From the human T2T-CHM13v2.0 reference genome, Homo sapiens: DNA of 64,000 nt. A program made the translations under genes and the position numbers. This document shows, one piece after another, positions 26,109 through 39,865 of this stretch. Where the stretch lies: assembly GCF_009914755.1 (NCBI RefSeq), contig NC_060931.1, one strand, 5' to 3'. A model generated the notes under the pieces. That model did no database searches. It was not told the origin of the DNA and saw only the letters and a program-made list of their open reading frames with translations. Each line of letters starts with the position of its first letter. Positions within the stretch are counted from its first letter, which is position 1.

Positions 26109-26872
26109 ACGGGGTCTAAGGAGGGGCCTGTCAATCACTGAGATGCTGCCTCACCCTAAATTCTATGGGGATGGTGTGGGCATGGTGTAGGGGGGAAAAT
26201 GTGGGCTGAGGGGATTCAGACATCCAGGGTCAAACATGGGATGTTTGACAAATTTTTAAACAAATAGAAAGGGGTTTGATCACATAGTTGCGTGTTCTGA
26301 AATGATACAGGAACATTTTCTATCAGATTTCAGAACTACCTGTGCTTCTGATAAGCAAGACTGTTAACTTTGGGGTGTGGAATTGTTGTGTTTCTTCTTT
26401 GCATTGACTGCTAGGAAGCTCTATTCTGTTCACCATAGAAAGTTTGTAGGAATTCCTGACATAAATAGTGAAGACTATCCTTACATCTGGTTTCCACCTT
26501 ATTTTCCTGCCCTCGTTTTAACATCACCCAGATTTCTTCAGTTATAAATATGCCATACACCTTTGTAAGTCACCTCAAATCTTCTTCAAAAGAAGCAGAA
26601 CAGTGAAAAAAACAGATGAGTAAGTTAAGAGTTGGTCATCTGGAAAGAAGAAAACTCAGTAGGCACCTTCTTTTGTTTTTTCTTGTGGTGTCCGGATCAG
26701 CATCCTGCATGTGAGATTCATCCACGTTGTCCTGTCTAGCAGTAGTTCAGTTCTCTTCATGGTTATGTCTGGTTTCATTCTATGATTATATCACAATTTA
26801 TCTATTCTACACTTGGGTGGCAGCTGCTTCAGATTTTTTACTTTTAAAAAATATACTTAAAAGTGAACTACA

Positions 26873-27166
26873 GGCAGGGCATGATGGCTCATGCCTGTAA
26901 TGCCAGCACTTTGCCAAGGTGGGCAGATCACCTAAGGTCAGGAGTTCAAGATCAGCCTGGCCTAGATGGCAAAACCCTGTCTCTACTAAAAAATACAAAA
27001 ATTAGCTTGGTGTGGTGGTGGGCACATGTAATCCCAGCTACTTGGGAGGCTGAGGTAGGGAGAACTGCTTAAACCTGAGAGGTGGAGGTTACAGTGAGTT
27101 GAGATTGTGCCACTGCACTCTAGCCTGGGTGACAAAGCAAGACTCCATCTCAGAAAAAAAAAATAA
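26873..27166 (+). mobile_element. Alu inserted in an old antisense L1 fragment (~26560-27400)
   Basis: Full Alu with TSD-like AAAAGTGAA(C/T)TACA; flanks resemble the reverse L1M 3' region. Confidence 0.85.
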
Positions 27167-28170
27167 AAGTGAATTACAACACTATGAACTTTCTTGTACA
27201 TGTCTTTTGGTGAACATAAACACTCACTTTTTTGCTCATATATCTAAGAGTGGGATTGCTGGAGCAATTGCTGGATCTGCCAAAGAGTTCCAAAGTGGTG
27301 GCTCTGATTCACATTCCAGCAGCAAACACTGAGAGTTGCAATTGCTCTCTATCCTTGCCAACACTTGGGATTGTCAATCCTTTTAACTTTAGCCATTCTG
27401 GTTAAAATTACTATTGAAGTGAAATCACTTTTTCCTCAAAGCTGAAACACCATCAGCCTTACAACCTACCTGCCTTGCTCCTTCCCACTTCCTATGATTG
27501 GAAGGAACTGCAGGACTCTGAGTGGGGACATACTGGAAGCCCCATCTAGACATAAAACTCAGACTTCCACCTGTAGGCATGAGCAATGAACTGGGAATAA
27601 ATGGTATTATGATGGAATAGGAAATGTAACTTTCCAATGTGTGCCTAGCAGAGCCTGAGCAAGCTTCACTCGAGCTCTATGCCCTGCTGCCCAGCTGCTG
27701 CGACCCTAGTCCAGTAACCCTAAGAAAGGTCCAGGTGAGTGTTCATTAGGGAAGCACTCCCTTCCCAACTGGGGAGTCAGGTGAGAGCCTACCAGGTCCA
27801 CAAGGTCCTGTGGGAGACAGACTGGATCCAGCAAATGTAGAGCTTCAGAGAGAGCAGCAGCTTGTTTACTGTGTGCCTAGTGCCAGTGTCACTTCTCAAG
27901 CAAAAGAAGCATTTGCAAAATGCCTGTCCTGGCCTAGATTGAGCGTGATTTATTAATAAGGGTTGGTTGCCAGGGAACTCCCTTGAATGGATTTAAACTT
28001 TGCAAAAGAAGGCAGAACTGTTCATTTATGCAGGTTAAAGTGAGTGAAGTGGCTGATTGCCCATTTAAGGCATTGCAAATCTGTGGGGCCCGGAGTCAAA
28101 TGCTTTCCTTGGAAGCTCTCAGCTTCAATGCAAGTAAAATGAGGTTCTGAGAAGGCTGAAGGGGGACTTA

Positions 28171-28510
<340 letters not shown>

Positions 28511-28830
28511 AATAATTAAAAGGAGAGAGTGGTGAGCAGCTGGTCTTTCTTCTCCAGTGATGACAGGGCAAGAGGGAATTGTGCTTAATGGCCAGAGAAG
28601 AGATTTAAGTCAGGCACCAAGAGGGACTTCCTGAAGCCTGGGGCCTCTCTGAAGAGCTCAGTGTCTTCTCTGGTGATAGGCAGGAAGAGCTGAGTGTCTT
28701 CCTAGTCGCAAGGCAAGCCTCGAGAAACTCAAGAAATAGGGGCAAGAGTGCGCCAGGAGGAGAGAACACCTGCTGCCCCGTTTCTTTTGTATATCCGGCT
28801 ATTTGGTTCGGGGAAATCCAGAAGTCAAAG

Positions 28831-29292
28831 TGTCACCGGTGGAGGGTCTTGACTGCAAGTTGTCCAAGTTCTTGGAGTTTTGAACAAAGAATGGAACAAA
28901 ATGCCCAGCAAAGCAGAGAAAGAATGAGGCAACGAAAGAATGAAAGCAGGGATTTATTGAAAACCAAAGTACACTCCACAGTGTGGGAACGGGCCTGAGC
29001 AAGTGACTCAAGGGCCCAGATACAGTCTTCTCAGTCCAAATACCCCTTGGAGGTTTCCCCTTGGCCACTTCATGCTCACCTCATGGAAATGAAGTAGTGG
29101 ACCACAATTGGTCTGATTGGTTGCAGGAAGCAACCAATCAGAGACTGAAGTGGAGTTACAAAGGTCACGCTCCTGTGCAAACATCTGATTGGTTGCAAAA
29201 AGCAACCAATCAGAGGCTAAGGTGAAGTTACAACGTTGCAACGAAGACTCGGCTGGCAATCAGTCTGATTGGTTACAGACAGCCAATTTCCC
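28831..29292 (-). mobile_element. MER51-like ERV1 LTR, apparently truncated
   Basis: tgtcaccggtggagggtcttgactgcaagttgtcc terminus; repeated CCAAT/ATTGG units; homologous to 55822-56277. Confidence 0.8.
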
Positions 29293-29819
29293 AGCGTTGA
29301 CCAGGTTTTGGGGGGAACAAAATTATCTGAATAAAATGAAGACAGCAACCGTCGTGGATTTGGTGAAAGTTTTCTCCCATCTCCCTCTCAAGGCCTTAAA
29401 CAGGTATGAGTTGATTATAGCCAATGTTTACTTTTCTCATTCTGATTCATTATAAAACTGGGGTAAATACGTTCAGGAATTAGACCACGTAACAATTATA
29501 ATTGTCGAAGACTTTGAAACTGCATAGTAGATTGTGACATTGGAGCTTTTTGTTGTGCTCATTAGAAAGCAGGGTCTGAAACTCAGCCTGTGTAGCAAGC
29601 ACGGGTGGCTCACAAGCAGAACTGGGAAATGACACTTCTGCTCCCCAGAGCCCCCTTTCACATCTGGGGTTCTCATTGTTTGCCTTTTTACTTAATGTAT
29701 TTTGTAATGGCTGTGAAAATTAAGCTACAAAATGAGTGAACATTGAAGACAATGATTGCTATTGAAACTTAGGATTTCTCATTTCAAACTTAGCGTGTGT
29801 TTATCCTTCGTATTCATTC

Positions 29820-29825
29820 AATAAA
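29820..29825 (+). terminator. Candidate distal poly(A) signal AATAAA of CDHR3
   Basis: AATAAA hexamer embedded in an antisense L2 terminus. Confidence 0.5.
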
Positions 29826-30916
29826 TATCTGTGGAGCAACTACCATGTGCCAAGCGTTGACTCATTAGGAAACACAGCAGCTCCCATCCCTGCCCTTGAG
29901 CAGCCTCCATTCTGTTTCTACAGCTGAATGTGGCCTGCTGATAAGCTATTCCACAGAGTTCTAGTTCCAGCTGCATCCTGGCCTATTTGCTCCTTGGATC
30001 CTTGAGTGTTCGACTTGAAAGATAAATTAGCCAGGAATAAAATCCCTGGAATGTTTCCCCAGAGGAACAGATAATTCAGAACCTTAAAAAAAAAAAAAAG
30101 CAGAAAGCCCTTGTCAGAAAATAGTTGAGATGTCCAAGTAGGGCTCCCAGTTTTGCGCTATCAGGACAGTAGACTGTTAATGCACCTCCACATGGCAGCT
30201 CTGAGGCAGTGTGACCTCTGTGTGCAGAATATGAAAGAAACCTGACATCAGTGAGATATTTGATTTGGAGTTCAGGGCAAAGGTCCAAAATGGGGAGTGG
30301 GGGAGATTCCCATCACCCCTGGACCCTCCTATGTGTCACCTGCACTGGGGGCAAGGTGTGGCTCTGGCTCTCAGGGAATAACCCAACTGAGAAGATAATC
30401 AGCTCATTCAAAAAACAACCGGTTGCCACACAGGCCCTTTCTGAGAGGAGCTAAATGAGCTCCACATGCAGTGAGTGCTGGAGAAACTAGACATGGGCCC
30501 ACACAGCCTCTGAAAGAATAATGGGCCTGGAACCTGCAGTGGTGTTATAGGTGGAGTTGAATTTAAAGTCGAAGAGAAATTTGGAGGAAAGGCAAAAGCA
30601 TTTAGAATCCTGGTTGTCAATCCATTTTCAGCTAATACTCGTCTTGTGTAACCTGGAGTGGCCTAACACAGAACCTCCTGGATATGTAGCAAGCACTCAA
30701 CAAACATTTATAGAACTGGATTGAATGAAGCAGGCTTGTGGTTGGCCTTTTTTCCACATCATGTAGCAAAATCACAACTTTTCTAACTAGAGCTAGATAA
30801 ACATGATCATAATCAACAACAGATAGTTTCTGAGTACCTGCTAGGTAACTGGCACTATTCTAGGCTCTGGGGATACAACAGTAAATAAAACAGTATTCTT
30901 AGTGTTTATATTCTAA

Positions 30917-31502
30917 TGAGGTATAAAAGACTGAACATACAACAGAACCACAGAGAGATGGCTGGACTCTATATAAAAACAGAACACTGCCCCACAGCCT
31001 GCAGCAGGGAACCTGCCCAGGAAACCCACTCCCTTATCTATAGTTATTATAGATAATTAATTATAATGAACAACGCACGAAGCCAGCCTGCTATCAGACT
31101 TGCAGGAGGCCAGACTGCTATCTCTAGTGACAATCTAGGAAGCTAAACAACCCATGTACCAATGGGCCCCAAATGGCCAGAACTTGGTTAATAACTGATA
31201 GCTTCCCTATTTTTGTCCCCGAGTCCTAATTAGGACCCATCACAGAAAGCCAAATATGCACCCTAACCAATCACATAGGCTGCCCTGCCTCTAGCCCACC
31301 TCCAGCTTCCTCCTGCCAACAGCCTGTAAGCAGGGCTCACCTGAAGCCTTCCCCGGTTTCCACCATGAAGCTCTCCCTCTCCTCTGCCTGCCTTTGGGCC
31401 TCTCGCCAAAGGCAAGTGCCAGTTGCTGACTCCCTTAATATAGCAAGCTCGGAATAAATGGCCCTCGCTTTATCATAGGGTTGGTCTTTGTTTATTCCCA
31501 CT
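30917..31502 (+). mobile_element. ERV1 (MER4-group-like) solo LTR inserted in an L2
   Basis: LTR-like with CCAAT (aaccaatca) and AATAAA near the 3' end; L2 sequence on both sides; subfamily uncertain. Confidence 0.55.
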
Positions 31503-31554
31503 GAGATGATAGACAAACAGGTTAGATATATACATATATGATATCCTAGATATA

Positions 31555-31555
31555 A

Positions 31556-31615
<60 letters not shown>
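31555..31615 (+). repeat. (TG)n(TA)n compound microsatellite
   Basis: Seen directly. Confidence 0.95.
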
Positions 31616-31618
<3 letters not shown>

Positions 31619-32230
31619 ATGTGAATGGTGTTAAGTGCCATTAAGAAAAATAAACAGGGTCAGGGGTTATGGAGGATGGCCACTTTAAACAGGTGGCCAA
31701 GGAAGGCCCCTGTGGTAAGGGGAGATTCAAGCGGTGGATGTGTGGGCAGGGGCTGTGCAGATAACTGGGAAGAACCTTCCAGGCAGTGAGTGCAAGGCAA
31801 CGTGAAGTGGAGGAACAGCAGGAGGAACAGAGTGATGAGCATGAGGCTGGAGGACAGGACTTCAGAGAGGGGTCGGTGGGGAGGCAGGGGCGGATGAGTG
31901 TGTGTGTGTGGTGGTGAGTGGGGGTGTGTGGGCTGGGGGATATGTGTGGAGAGGAGTTTGCATATCACATAGGGCCTTGTAGGCCACTGTAAGGACTTCG
32001 GCTTTTACTCTGAGTATGATGGGAGCCATTGCATGGTGTTGAGCAGAGGAGTGACATAACTTACTTATGTTTTGAAAGCATCTGTCTGCTGATTTGAGAA
32101 GAGACTTAAGGAAGGGAGAGAACAAGGGTAGAAGTAGAAAGACCAGCTCTGTAGCTGTTGGATTCATCCAGATATGAGATGGTGGGGGCTGGGTCCAGGG
32201 GGGCAGAGGTGGAGGACAGTAGAAACCTTG
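31616..32230 (-). mobile_element. L2 LINE fragment
   Basis: ggccactgtaaggacttcggcttttactctgagtatgatgggagccattg...gagcagaggagtgacata, typical L2. Confidence 0.7.
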
Positions 32231-33244
32231 TGGTACCTTTGTGAAGGAGTGTCCCGGATATGAATGAAGTCCTGAGTTCTCTTGAGCCCTGTTCCTGTAT
32301 GAGATCAAGGCTCCCCAGCAGGCATGAGCCCCTCCCTCAGTGGAAGCTACCAGACAAAGTCATTTTAGATAATACTGAGCGGCTCTCCCGAGTGTGACTG
32401 CCCCATGCTTGGTCTGCAGCGGGGGAATGGTAGTCATGTGTGCACACATAGGTGTGTGGGGAGAGTGAAGAGACCGGTCAGTGTTCCGGCCACATCACAC
32501 TTCCCGGCAAGATTCCAGTCGATGACCCAAGGAAACAGGAAACAGGCCTGCAGGGTGATTTCGAGGTCTGGACTCTATGCCCCGCTGTGAAGGTGGTTGT
32601 AGGCAGCCCTCAAGCTGAACGGTGCATTCGATTGGCTCTCAGTCTGAAAAAGTACAGTTCTGATTAAACGTCAGGAGACCTGAATTGTAGGAAACTCTAA
32701 CTTCTGTCTAGGACTCCCCAGAGAGTTGAAGTTCTTAGAAAACTTGTCTGTTTGGGGGAACAGAAGGAGATGAATGTGTTCTGGAAAACCGGAGCCTTAT
32801 GCCCAAATTTTTGGAGACGGATATCACTTAAAATGGTGCATCCCACTGTCCCCATGGGTACAAACCATACAATCAGTTCTGATGCCTGGTTTGGAAAACG
32901 TGATCCCCGTCAGTGTTGAAACCGAAGCAGAGCATGCTCGTAAACTCTGATTTTCCCCATGTGACTGCGAGCTGGGCTATCCGGGTGAGGCTGGCCTAGG
33001 GCCTGGAGTGAGCATTGTGGATGCTTACGCTCTAGGCCACAGCGCCCTCAGCAGCCTTTTCATTAGGGTGGTGTTCAGAGACAGACTGTGGCTGCTGCAG
33101 CCCCTTCAGAACCCGGGGCAGCTGAGGGAGAGAAGCCGCTTAATCTGATTTATAGGCAAGGCTCACAAGAGTTGCACTCCCTGCATGGCCCACCTCATTT
33201 GCTGGTCCATGGTCAAAGCACACTCCAGCTGGCAGGCTAAGGGT

Positions 33245-33870
33245 CCTTTTTAAAATAACAGTTTTATTGTGATTTAACTCACATGCCATAGAATTCAGTG
33301 GTTTTTAGATATTCACGGAGTTGTGCAACCACCACTGCTATGTAATTCCAAAACATTTTCATCATCCCCAAAATAAACTTCACGCACATTAACAGTCATT
33401 CCCCATCCCCAGGCACTGGCACCGCTGAACTGCTTTCTCTCTCTATGGATTTGCCTATACTGGACATTTCATAGAAATGGAATCATACAATGTTTGTCCT
33501 TTTGTGTCTGGCTTATTTCAGTTAGCATAATCTTTTCAAGATTCATCCACATGGTAGGTCCATACATTCATTTTTATGGCTGAATAATGGCCCACTGCAT
33601 GGATATACCACATTTTATTTATCCATTCATCAGTTGATGATATTTGGGTTGTTTCCATCTTCTGGCTGCTATAAATAATGCTGCCATGAGCATTTGCATA
33701 CAAGTTCTTCTGTGGACATTTGTTCTTATTTCCTAGGTATATACCTAGGAATGGAGTTACTGGGTGATGTGGTAACTCTATATTTACCTTGTTGACCAAC
33801 TGCCAGGCTGCTTTCCACCATGGCTGCACCATTTTAAATTTCCACCAGCAATGCTCAAGGGTTTCATGAG
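33245..33870 (-). mobile_element. Old L1 (L1MB/MC-like) 3' fragment
   Basis: Typical reverse L1 3' region; ORF 33536..33832(-) contains L1-derived DEWINKMWYIH. Confidence 0.85.
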
Positions 33871-35548
33871 CTTTTCAAACAGACAAGTGAGGCACCCTTT
33901 GCTCAGGTTGCAGTGTCGGGCTTTCAGCCCTTCCCAGCTTCTGTCTGCTTTGGTTTGAGGAGTCTGATCTGGCGTGCTGGCACACCTCGCTGAGGTTAGC
34001 AGCAACAGCTCCTGCTGCACCTTAGCAGCCTGCAGAGAAGTCTCTGGAAACCTCATGATTGCAGTGCGTGCCTACCACAAGCGGGCCCTCCACCTGCACC
34101 ATCTATAATCCTCATGGCACGCCTCTGAGAATGGTCTGCATCTTGAAGATCATATCCACTTTACAGATGAGAAAGCTGAAGGTTGGAGAGATTAGGAGAC
34201 TTGTCCAGAGGTCACAGAGCCAGGATGGCAACTGAGTGTGTCTCCTCTGAGCCTAGGCAGGAAGGGCTTAGTGATGGCCTTTGATTTGTGTTCTGATGGG
34301 AAAAGGGGTCAGGTGACTGGACCCCCAGATGGATCCTCTTGCTGAACAGCTCTCTACCCTGAAAGTCCAAGGCTGCTCATGGCTGCAGAAATCTTCACAG
34401 GTTCAGAGTCAACACCAGCCTCTGCAGGAGCAATGTGTTCTGAGCATATCCTGTCTTTTGAGGCTTGAGTTAGGGGTCTGAAACCACCCCTGGCCTCCTG
34501 CAACCCTGCCAAGCCCAGCGCACTGCTTTGGGCAATGCAGGAGGCAATGTTTATTCTTTTCTCTGTTCTTCACACACCCACTACCTATCTGCTGCTCCAC
34601 AGAAGCAGCCTCATCCTGGCTATGAGTACTGAAGTGCCTTCCAAGCAGAGATCCTAATCACTCAGGAACAGCCTCTACCCAAAGGCTGAGGGGCTGCAGT
34701 GATCTATGTTGGCCAGCAGGGGCGTGGCCTCTCTATTTGCCATTTAGCGTCCAGTGAATGGTCCAGGAACACCTCTGGTAAAAGACTACTCTCCCTTCTC
34801 TCCACCTTCTCCCGAGCCTTTCAGGGTATGTGTCCTCAATGCCTGCAGAGAGCAGCCACAGGGCATCCTGGGCCAAGATTCCACCCTGTGGCCACCGCAA
34901 AAAACCACAGCAGCAATGTGGTAGCTTGAAACCAGGGAATGTGGCGGCACCAAGCCTTCTGGAGGAAGGAGTGAGTGGCTGCTCCACCCACAAGTGGCCT
35001 TTTCCCAAAGGGTCCAGGACAGCTATCCTGGCATTTTGCCAAGCAAACTATGGCCACTGACCAAGACAGCACCCAGTTGGGTTCAGAACAGGTCGATCAC
35101 TGCTGACATATGTAGAGAGGGTTAGAATCCATGGGGGTTCTTGGCATCTCGGAATACACACCCCTGAATTTTGTTTCCTTGACATACCATCTTGCTACAT
35201 GCTCAGGAGAGTAAAGTTCCCAAATTCTGTCTTTGGTTGAGTGTGTGTATATGTGTCTGTGTAAGTGTCCCTGTAGTCATAAGGAAAATCACTTTGCATT
35301 TATGGAATGCCGGCTACATGCCAGATCACGTGAGGTCTTCACATTTATAATTCTACTTAATGTAGAATTTATATGTGTAAATTTAGTTTACATATGAAGA
35401 ATTGAGGCTCAGAAAGGGTGTGTGACCTGCCAAAGGTCACACAGCTAGTAAGTGGCAGAGGGAGGTAGGATCTGAAAGCAGATCTGACTTTTAAGCCCCT
35501 GTGTGCCAGGAGTAGATTCTGACAAGCCTAGTAAGATAGGTGACCCTT

Positions 35549-35846
35549 GGCCAGGTGCGCTGGCTCAAGCCTGTAATCCCAGCACTTTGGGAGGCTGAGG
35601 CAGGCAGATCACTTGAGTCCAGGAGTTTGAGACCAGCCTGGCCAACATGGCGAAACCCCAGCTCTACCAACATACACAAATTGGCTGCACATGGTGGCTC
35701 AGGCCTGTAGTCCCAGCTACTAGGGAGTCTGCAGTGGGAGGATTGCTTGAGCCCAGGAGGTCAAGGCTGCATGAAGCCGTCAGCGTGTCATTGCACTCCA
35801 GCCTGGGCAACAGAGTAAAACCCTGTGTCAAAAAAAAAAAAAAAAA
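35549..35846 (+). mobile_element. Alu (AluJ-like)
   Basis: Dimeric Alu with A-tail. Confidence 0.93.
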
Positions 35847-36257
35847 GGAAACTAAAAAGATAGTTGAGCCTCTTGTTGCTCCCACCCCAACACTGCCTCA
35901 ATCTTGCGGTTGCTTTGAAAGAAAGGGGCAAGGCTGGGAGCAGAGTCAGAAGGGGAGGATAAGGACAGAATTTGCAAGCTAGTTTATTTAGGAACTGGTG
36001 AAATTCAGAAGGGTTGAAGGAGGCCTCTAGGATGGCGACCTTTCCCTAAGCAGCACATCGGTGTTACCGGGCACCGAGAGAGAAAGGTAAAAAGGAGAAT
36101 GAAGAGGAATAATGGGAGGTGGGGAGATAGAGAGAGGCTGGTGGCCTGAAGACGCTTGCAAGGGGACTCCCCTGCCTGGGGGGCTGGCAGGAGCAAGCAC
36201 AACCTTCATTCTCTCTAGCAGGGCCAACAAAGGGCAGCTGAATCACAGTATTTCTCA

Positions 36258-36948
<691 letters not shown>

Positions 36949-37969
36949 TCACCCCAAGACTAACAAGGTATGCATATCCAACTGGCTCTGCACCATCTAG
37001 ATTTTCTGAAGTGGTCACTATTTCCTCTAATTTTATTCTCTTCATTTATTCAATATAACTAAAAGTATTTAATGGTGAAATCCTCAGATGGCTTTTACAC
37101 AAATGAATTCTCCAGTCACAGAAATTTCTTTGTTGTCGACCTGCTCAGAAAATAGAACAACTATACTTCTATATTAGGTCAAAGACCTTGATGTCCATAG
37201 TGAACCTGATCAATAAATCTGCTTAGAAATGAAAACAATGCATCTCTTTCTGGATAATAGCACTTGAACATTTTTGTTCCCTCCCTGGCCTCCTCTCATG
37301 CCATTTAAGCCTTGGCTAATTTCCTTGTCTGAAGGCCCCCTGGAGACAGAGCATATCCAGTGTGAGCACAATGCCTGAGACATCGTTGATACTCAAAAAT
37401 GATTTCTTACTGAATGGCTTCAGCTCCTGATGGAGCAGCAGATGCCACAGGAGGAAGGTCAGAGAGTTCAGTCCTCCGTGAAGCGCTGCCAGAGGATTCC
37501 AGACTCTGAAGGGAAATGATCAGACTAGCAAGACCCTTGCTAGGGTGTCCCTACCTGCAATCCAGCTTCTTGTCAATAGCTGGGGATGACTTGTGGTTAA
37601 GTGGTAGCCCAGTGTGGCATTTGCAGAGTTCTGGAACAAGGCTATTAAATGTCTGTGGGCTGGCACTCCTGAGAGGGCTCCATGTGGCCATGCTTTCCAG
37701 ACCCCCTCAAAAGCCCCACTGGAGCCTTTCCTTGTAAAGAAGCCATGAGCTTCTGTGAACCAATCCTGCTGGGATGAAAACCATTGTCTCCAAGCTAAAT
37801 TTTATCCAAATTACATTGGCCAAATTGTGTTGCATTAACTGGGTTTCTTTCTGGTTGCAAAGAACAGAGAATCATAGGTTTATTGGGATATAACATGTGA
37901 AAATAAAGAGTTGGCTCCATTGCTCAGTCTGTCCAGAACCCAGAAGAAGCAGAAGACCTCACTTCTCAG

Positions 37970-39180
37970 GGGTGGTGTAGTATAATAGATATTAGTCATA
38001 TTGGTGCCACCCCAACATCATTTGAAGAAACTTCTTAAATTTGGAAAATACGCCATGTGAGGGGTGCTACCTCACCAGGGTGGAGATCAGAACTCAGTTA
38101 CTCAGACTCCTCTGCAGCTAGGACACAGGCATGTGACATAGGCTCTGTGGATTGGATGCAGTATGATGAGATTTCAGTCTGGAAGAGTGAAAAGCCAGGG
38201 AGAAGCTGCTGCATGGAATTGTTCTTGGTGATGGGGCGGAACATGGTGGAGGGACATGGAACCCCAGAGGCAGCAGAGACAGAGATGATAATAGTAACAT
38301 GCACCAAAGGCAGTGGGATCAAGCCTGTGACCAGACAGGTGAGGATTTGGGTATTGTTTGTGGCTGCAGAGTGCCAACCCCTATTTCTCCGACCTTGCTG
38401 GAGAGTCTGTGAGCCACTAATATGCGTCCATAAGTTCTTTTCTGTTTAAACAAATCAGAGGGGATTTTGTTGTTTGTAGGTAAGAATCCTGATTGATAAA
38501 AGCCTAGTGAGGACTCAGGGAGACTGTGATCAGAAAGTCATTTAGCATGCAAGGCATCTGTAAGAGGTTAATGTCAGGAGTTCAAGGATCTTTGCTCCGG
38601 AGAGGTTGTGCTCAACTATTTTGTTTGGGGCTGAGGCTGTTGTTACTGCCTGTTTAACATCCCTTAAGCAATAACCATTTTCTACTATTAGGTCCTGTAT
38701 TCTGGTGGGGCTGACATCATGCCCTAGCTCCAGAACTGGGCATATGACCCAGGCCAGGCCAATCAGATCACAGCTTCTCCTTGGCTCTGTTAATTGGTTC
38801 AGGGATGGATACGTGTTCCAAGGTGGACCATTGAGAACTACCCCTGGGACTTGTGCTGTAGATCTAGGGAATTATTCCTTATCTGCTGATGCTGCTAAGC
38901 TGGAAGGAGGTCAGTAGGAAGCATGAAGCCAATATTGGTTACCTTGTTGAGTGTGGGAAGAGCCTGCCAACCAAAGAATAATGCCAACTGAAGGAAAGAA
39001 AAATAAGAAGAGAGAGAGAAACAATAATTCCTGATGATGTTGGGTATTTGTATGCAGCCATCATTGAAGTCTGTTCTATCCCTAGATTTTTCAGTGACAT
39101 GAACCATCAGATTCCTTTGTAAGTTAATTTTGAGTTGAGTTTCTGTTACTTGAAACCAAAAGGTCCTGACTAATACAATG
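37970..39180 (+). mobile_element. Two old MLT1-family LTR remnants
   Basis: MLT1-like 3' ends (ttttgttgtttgtaggtaagaatcctga; ttctgttacttgaaaccaaaaggtcctgactaataca) and catatgacccaggccaggccaatcag. Confidence 0.55.
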
Positions 39181-39736
39181 GCACATGTTCAAATATCAGA
39201 ATTTTTGGCAAGCCTTTAGAAGAATTAAATAACATCCCTGGTTATTATAGCGTTAACTTGGTTACTCTGCAAGCCCATGTCTTTGAGAATAACTGTTATG
39301 GCCCCAACTGTGCTCTCTTCTGTCCTCACAAGACAGTTTTCACACATTCTGGGAAACTTGGTTGTGTTGGCACACACTTATCATTATACTCTACCTCTTC
39401 CCTCCGATGTGCGTGTTTGGGATTCTCCCATTCTACAAGGAGTATTCCTCTCAACATTCTGTCCAACAAGCACTGTTGTAACAATACATATCCTCAGTTG
39501 CAACAAAAGGTGCATTTTCTACCTTGAGCACAATGTGTTAGCCACCTGTGCAAGGTATGCCGCCAGCTGCTGTGGGTGTGCAGAGATATTTGGGTTCAGA
39601 ACCACTGGTCCTAGGGCTCTGGCATCAATACGACTCTCTGCCTTCGCTCTTCACTCACCTCTTCTAAGTGTTTCTTCAGGACTTTTGTTCTGCTACCAGT
39701 TGGCTCATTTTCTCTTTATCTCTAAAATCAGTTTCC

Positions 39737-39865
39737 TGGCCAGGCATGGTGGCTCATGCCTGCAATCCCAGCACTTTGGGAGGCCAAGGCAGGAGGATCA
39801 GTTGAGGCCAGGAGCTTGTGAACAGCCTGGCCAACACAGCGAGATCATGTTTCTATAAAAAAAAT
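39737..39865 (+). mobile_element. Alu monomer (FLAM-like)
   Basis: Left-arm-only Alu with A-tail. Confidence 0.8.

Noticed and set aside
39277-39858. 193-aa + strand ORF
   Set aside because: No recognisable domain, ends inside an Alu monomer, no splice support
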